Source: a virus. From it: DNA of 64,000 bases. Below are positions 60,819-64,000 of the stretch, piece after piece; the stretch's first letter is position 1; each line of letters begins with the position of its first letter. The stretch covers positions 43,036 through 107,035 of IMG/VR virus record IMGVR_UViG_3300043444_000140, one strand, 5' to 3'. A model generated the notes under the pieces. That model was not told the DNA's origin and ran no database searches. It was given only the letters and a program-made list of their open reading frames with translations. Position numbers and translations under genes: made by a program.

Positions 60819-61069
60819 TGAATAAGTTTTATTCTGTCATTAGTTCAGAAATAGAAGACAACGTAGACGAACATGCTCATGGTGGAGAAACCATTTTGGA
60901 CACAATCATTGAAGTCACATTTGGACTGGAGCATATGGTGTCAGAGTTCTTTTGGAATGCTGTATTCCTATTGGTAGGCTTTGCCGTTTCAAAGGCAGTA
61001 GCACTACGTAAGATCCACAAGTACATTGATGACAAGCACGGTGTAACCCACCAGGAAGAAGAATATTAA
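60818..61069 (+). CDS. small membrane protein
   Basis: H...EFFWN + TM; paralog of 61587..61760. Confidence 0.65.
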   Translation: MNKFYSVISSEIEDNVDEHAHGGETILDTIIEVTFGLEHMVSEFFWNAVFLLVGFAVSKAVALRKIHKYIDDKHGVTHQEEEY

Positions 61070-61070
61070 A

Positions 61071-61361
61071 ATGAGTATTAAACCACTTGAAGACAAGATT
61101 GTCGTAAAACCAATTGAAGAGTCAGAAAAGGTAACCTCATCTGGTCTTATCATTTCAACTATGACAAAGGAAAAGCCAACCGAGGGCATTGTTGTTGCAG
61201 TCGGAACAGGTGCCACCTTTGCTGACGGTACCAAGATGACTATTGATCTTAATGTAGGTGACAAGGTTATCTATTCTAAGTACAGTGGTACAGAGATTGA
61301 GCATGATGGTGCAAACCTGGTTATCCTGCCATACCGAGACATTTTTGCGGTAGTTGAGTAA
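61071..61361 (+). CDS. groES: co-chaperonin GroES
   Basis: IKPLEDKIVV, TSSGLII, KEKP.EG.VVAVG.G, VGDKVIYSKYSGTE. Confidence 0.95.
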   Translation: MSIKPLEDKIVVKPIEESEKVTSSGLIISTMTKEKPTEGIVVAVGTGATFADGTKMTIDLNVGDKVIYSKYSGTEIEHDGANLVILPYRDIFAVVE

Positions 61362-61363
61362 CC

Positions 61364-61585
61364 ATGCCTAAGATTACTATTGAAGACATGACACCAGAGC
61401 AGCAAGTCGTTATTCAGGTTCTTATTAATGAAGGCAAGATGCAGGCATACGAAGAACTTCTGGAAGAGTTTGAGAAAGAGCATTTTGCTGTCGCTACTGA
61501 AGACCCTTACTATGCCTATTACATCAAGCATGTAATCAGTAGAATCCAGGAACTGTACGATCCGCTATCAAGAGATACCGAGTAG
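61364..61585 (+). CDS. hypothetical protein
   Basis: ORF in gene-dense run. Confidence 0.55.
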   Translation: MPKITIEDMTPEQQVVIQVLINEGKMQAYEELLEEFEKEHFAVATEDPYYAYYIKHVISRIQELYDPLSRDTE

Positions 61586-61586
61586 C

Positions 61587-61760
61587 ATGGAATTTGACTG
61601 GTCAGTCATTGTCGGGATGATAACAGACGTAAACCACATTATAGTTGACTTCTTTTGGAATACCATTTATGAGTTGACAGTTGCAGTAATTTCATATAGA
61701 ATTATTGTTAAGAAATTAGAGAAACGTTTCGTAGAAAAGAATAAAGATGAATCAAATTAA
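61587..61760 (+). CDS. small membrane protein (57 aa, not in ORF track)
   Basis: Manual translation MEFDWSVIVGMITDVNHIIVDFFWNTIYELTVAVISYRIIVKKLEKRFVEKNKDESN. Confidence 0.65.
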   Translation: MEFDWSVIVGMITDVNHIIVDFFWNTIYELTVAVISYRIIVKKLEKRFVEKNKDESN

Positions 61761-62442
61761 TGTATTGGATAAGGGTTATGTACGTCTTGTGGACACTCTT
61801 GGCAACGATCTATCTGTTGTCAATGCTGCACGTGTATCTTACGATAAAGAGTCTGAGGAGTTTACCCCCAAAGACGAGAAACTTATTGGCTTCCTACTTC
61901 GTGAGGGGCACACGTCGCCATTCCGCCATGCAGCCCTTACCTTCGAGGTCTACGCACCGCTATTTGTTGCAAGACAGTGGTGGAAGTATGCAGTCTCCTC
62001 AACACACGTAGATGATCAGAATGGCTGGAACGAGTCATCTCGTCGCTACATTACTGAAGACGAAGAGTTCTACGTTCCTAGTGCGTCCTCGTGGCGTTCT
62101 AAGCCTGAGAACTCTAAACAGGGTAGTGGTGAGCCAATTCATTTTAGCATTGGTGCATTTTACACCAACAAACTGAATGGCATTATTGACGAGGGCACAA
62201 AGTTGTACCACGAGGCTATGAACGATAACGTGGCACCAGAGATTGCACGTCTATTCCTACCAGCATATGCGATGTACGTACGTTGGCGTTGGACCACATC
62301 CTTGCAGGGTGTAATGACATTCCTCGACCAGCGACTAGAGCACGATGCACAGGTAGAGATCCAGGAGTATGCTTATGCTGTTAAGGATCTCGCACACTCG
62401 GCATTCCCACAAACATTTAAGGCGTTGAGCAATGAGCAATAA
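61747..62442 (+). CDS. thyX: FAD-dependent thymidylate synthase ThyX
   Basis: VVNAARVSY, GHTSPF, PLFVARQW, NESSRRY, PEIARLFLP, AQVEI. Confidence 0.92.
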   Translation: MNQINVLDKGYVRLVDTLGNDLSVVNAARVSYDKESEEFTPKDEKLIGFLLREGHTSPFRHAALTFEVYAPLFVARQWWKYAVSSTHVDDQNGWNESSRRYITEDEEFYVPSASSWRSKPENSKQGSGEPIHFSIGAFYTNKLNGIIDEGTKLYHEAMNDNVAPEIARLFLPAYAMYVRWRWTTSLQGVMTFLDQRLEHDAQVEIQEYAYAVKDLAHSAFPQTFKALSNEQ

Positions 62443-62617
62443 TCGGTATCAAAAGCGTAAGCAGGATGCACAACTATCTGCAATCATTCGTAAAGCAAAG
62501 ATTGATATGGAGAGGTGGGTTTCCACCCTATCTGTTATGCCCAGTGAAATTGAAATTAAGGCATTTCAGGCAGGGTACATTGCAGGAATTAATCGTGGAA
62601 GTGCGGTAAAGGAATGA
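62432..62617 (+). CDS. hypothetical protein
   Basis: Coupled ORF; AFQAGYIAG. Confidence 0.6.
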   Translation: MSNNRYQKRKQDAQLSAIIRKAKIDMERWVSTLSVMPSEIEIKAFQAGYIAGINRGSAVKE

Positions 62618-63159
62618 TTGTTGGTCTAAGTGGATATGCACAAACAGGCAAGGACACCGTAGCAGAGTATCTGGTTGCACAGCATGGCTATCGCAGAGTA
62701 GCCTTTGCAGATCCTATCAGGAAGGCTCTATACAAACTAAATCCAATTATATCTCTTGGAGAGTTTGCAGGTGTACATTTGGCACAGGCGGTTGACGGTC
62801 TAGGCTGGGAAGAGGTTAAGAGGCAGTCCCCAGAGACTCGCAGACTCCTTCAGGTTTTTGGAACAGAGGTTGGCAGAGAGATGTTTGGGGCGGACTTCTG
62901 GGTAAATCAGGCTATGGGAAACTCTGGCAAGTTTGACAAGATTGTCCTGACTGATGTCAGGTTCCCAAATGAGTATAGGGCTATCAAAAATCGAGAAGGC
63001 ATTATTATCAGGATAGTTAAGCCTGGCACTGGTGCAATAAATGCCCATGCCTCAGAGACAGCACTTGACAACTTCTCGTTTGATGCTACAATTATTAATG
63101 ACGGTTCTATTTATGACCTAAATCAAAAAATTGACAGCGTAATAAAGGAAAGACTATGA
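62614..63159 (+). CDS. deoxynucleoside monophosphate kinase
   Basis: GLSGYAQTGKDT, FADPIR, RRLLQVFGTE, TDVRFPNE, HASE. Confidence 0.92.
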   Translation: MIVGLSGYAQTGKDTVAEYLVAQHGYRRVAFADPIRKALYKLNPIISLGEFAGVHLAQAVDGLGWEEVKRQSPETRRLLQVFGTEVGREMFGADFWVNQAMGNSGKFDKIVLTDVRFPNEYRAIKNREGIIIRIVKPGTGAINAHASETALDNFSFDATIINDGSIYDLNQKIDSVIKERL

Positions 63160-63488
63160 TTAGTTTGGTAAAGATTGGTCCACAAGTATTTGAAGTAGAC
63201 TTTAGGAGCACTCGTGAAGACGGTATGCTCAATGACAGTTCATATGGATACACACTAGATCAAGGCAACCTAATCGTAGTTGCTTCAGATATAAGCGAAG
63301 ACAAGCAGAAGGTGACACTCGTACACGAGGTCCTACATGCTGCAAGAATGATTCTTGAGGGAGCATCTAAGCCAAAGAAAAAGGCTGAATACGAAGAGTG
63401 GGAGCACCACTTCATCGGCATTTATGAGAATGCTTTCATCATGATTATGCAAGACAATCCAGACCTAGTTAAATGGTTGACCAAGTAA
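63156..63488 (+). CDS. HExxH metallopeptidase-like protein
   Basis: TLVHEVLHA...EWEH. Confidence 0.7.
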   Translation: MISLVKIGPQVFEVDFRSTREDGMLNDSSYGYTLDQGNLIVVASDISEDKQKVTLVHEVLHAARMILEGASKPKKKAEYEEWEHHFIGIYENAFIMIMQDNPDLVKWLTK

Positions 63489-63493
63489 TCCAG

Positions 63494-63570
63494 CCTCCAG
63501 TATCTCCTCACTCTTATAAGGTGTAGAAAGAGTAATTGGTGGCATGTGGGTTCGATCCCCACCTGGAGGA
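63494..63570 (+). ncRNA. rearranged tRNA-like RNA with TAT anticodon loop
   Basis: Acceptor CCTCCAG/CTGGAGG, T arm GTGGG-TTCGATC-CCCAC, CACT-CTTATAA-GGTG arm; no D arm in the normal place. Confidence 0.7.
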
Positions 63571-63606
63571 CTTGCAAAAAGATATACGGAAAGGTATAAT
63601 AATAGC

Positions 63607-64000
63607 ATGAGTTATAAAGAAGATATCCTTCGCCTACGAGCAGAAGGAAAGACTTATGGAGAGATTAGCGAAACGCTAGGTTGCTCCAAGGGAACGGTAG
63701 CATACTACCTAAAAGAAAAGACTGAGCCAGAAGCAGTAGTTAAGGAGATCAAAATGTCGTCTAATACAGTTTACAGTACCAAGATTGTTACATATATTGA
63801 GAACTATAAGATCAAGCGTCCCTGTATTGGATGCGGTCAGTACCTACATCACAGCCAGATGGATTTCTTTGATGAAAGCCTAGAACAAAAGATTATTAAT
63901 ATTGTTGTTGATCAGGAGACTTACGAAGAGGCTAAGAGACAGGTGACACAACTAAAGTTCTTGTGTGCAAACTGTAACCGTCTTCGCAAATTTAAGGAAG
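63607..64000 (+). CDS. HTH + degenerate HNH-like protein (3'-truncated by window)
   Basis: MSYKEDILRLRAEGKTYGEISETLGCSKGTVAYY HTH; CIGC...MDF...CANC; AGGTATAAT 6 nt upstream. Confidence 0.7.
   Translation, partial: MSYKEDILRLRAEGKTYGEISETLGCSKGTVAYYLKEKTEPEAVVKEIKMSSNTVYSTKIVTYIENYKIKRPCIGCGQYLHHSQMDFFDESLEQKIINIVVDQETYEEAKRQVTQLKFLCANCNRLRKFKE

Overview
The window is 64 kb of a large, tailed dsDNA phage with a long non-contractile (siphovirus-type) tail module. WhiB, class Ib nrdH/nrdIEF, DnaE and leaderless extended -10 promoters suggest an actinobacterial host; the host is an inference. Almost everything is on the + strand. In order: head genes (portal, prohead protease-scaffold, capsid), neck and tail genes (major tail, two paralogous tail chaperones, a 2898-aa tape measure, distal tail and hub), replication/recombination (DnaB, primase, SSB, DnaE, RecA-like, Cas4-like, RuvC), terminase, RNR, exported surface proteins plus S8 protease and glycosyltransferases, tRNA/ncRNA clusters, endolysin, stress genes (Hsp20, Dps, GroES), gmd, thyX and dNMP kinase. 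Most notable observations: (1) the tape measure carries a HIGH-superfamily nucleotidyltransferase domain bracketed by two near-identical 55-aa repeats, suggesting a swappable enzyme cassette delivered with the tape measure; (2) two aberrant tRNA-like genes and about 370 nt of unassigned, highly structured RNA in the tRNA cluster; (3) a set of signal-peptide surface proteins, one apparently starting at ATT. All assignments come from motif recognition by eye; no searches were run.
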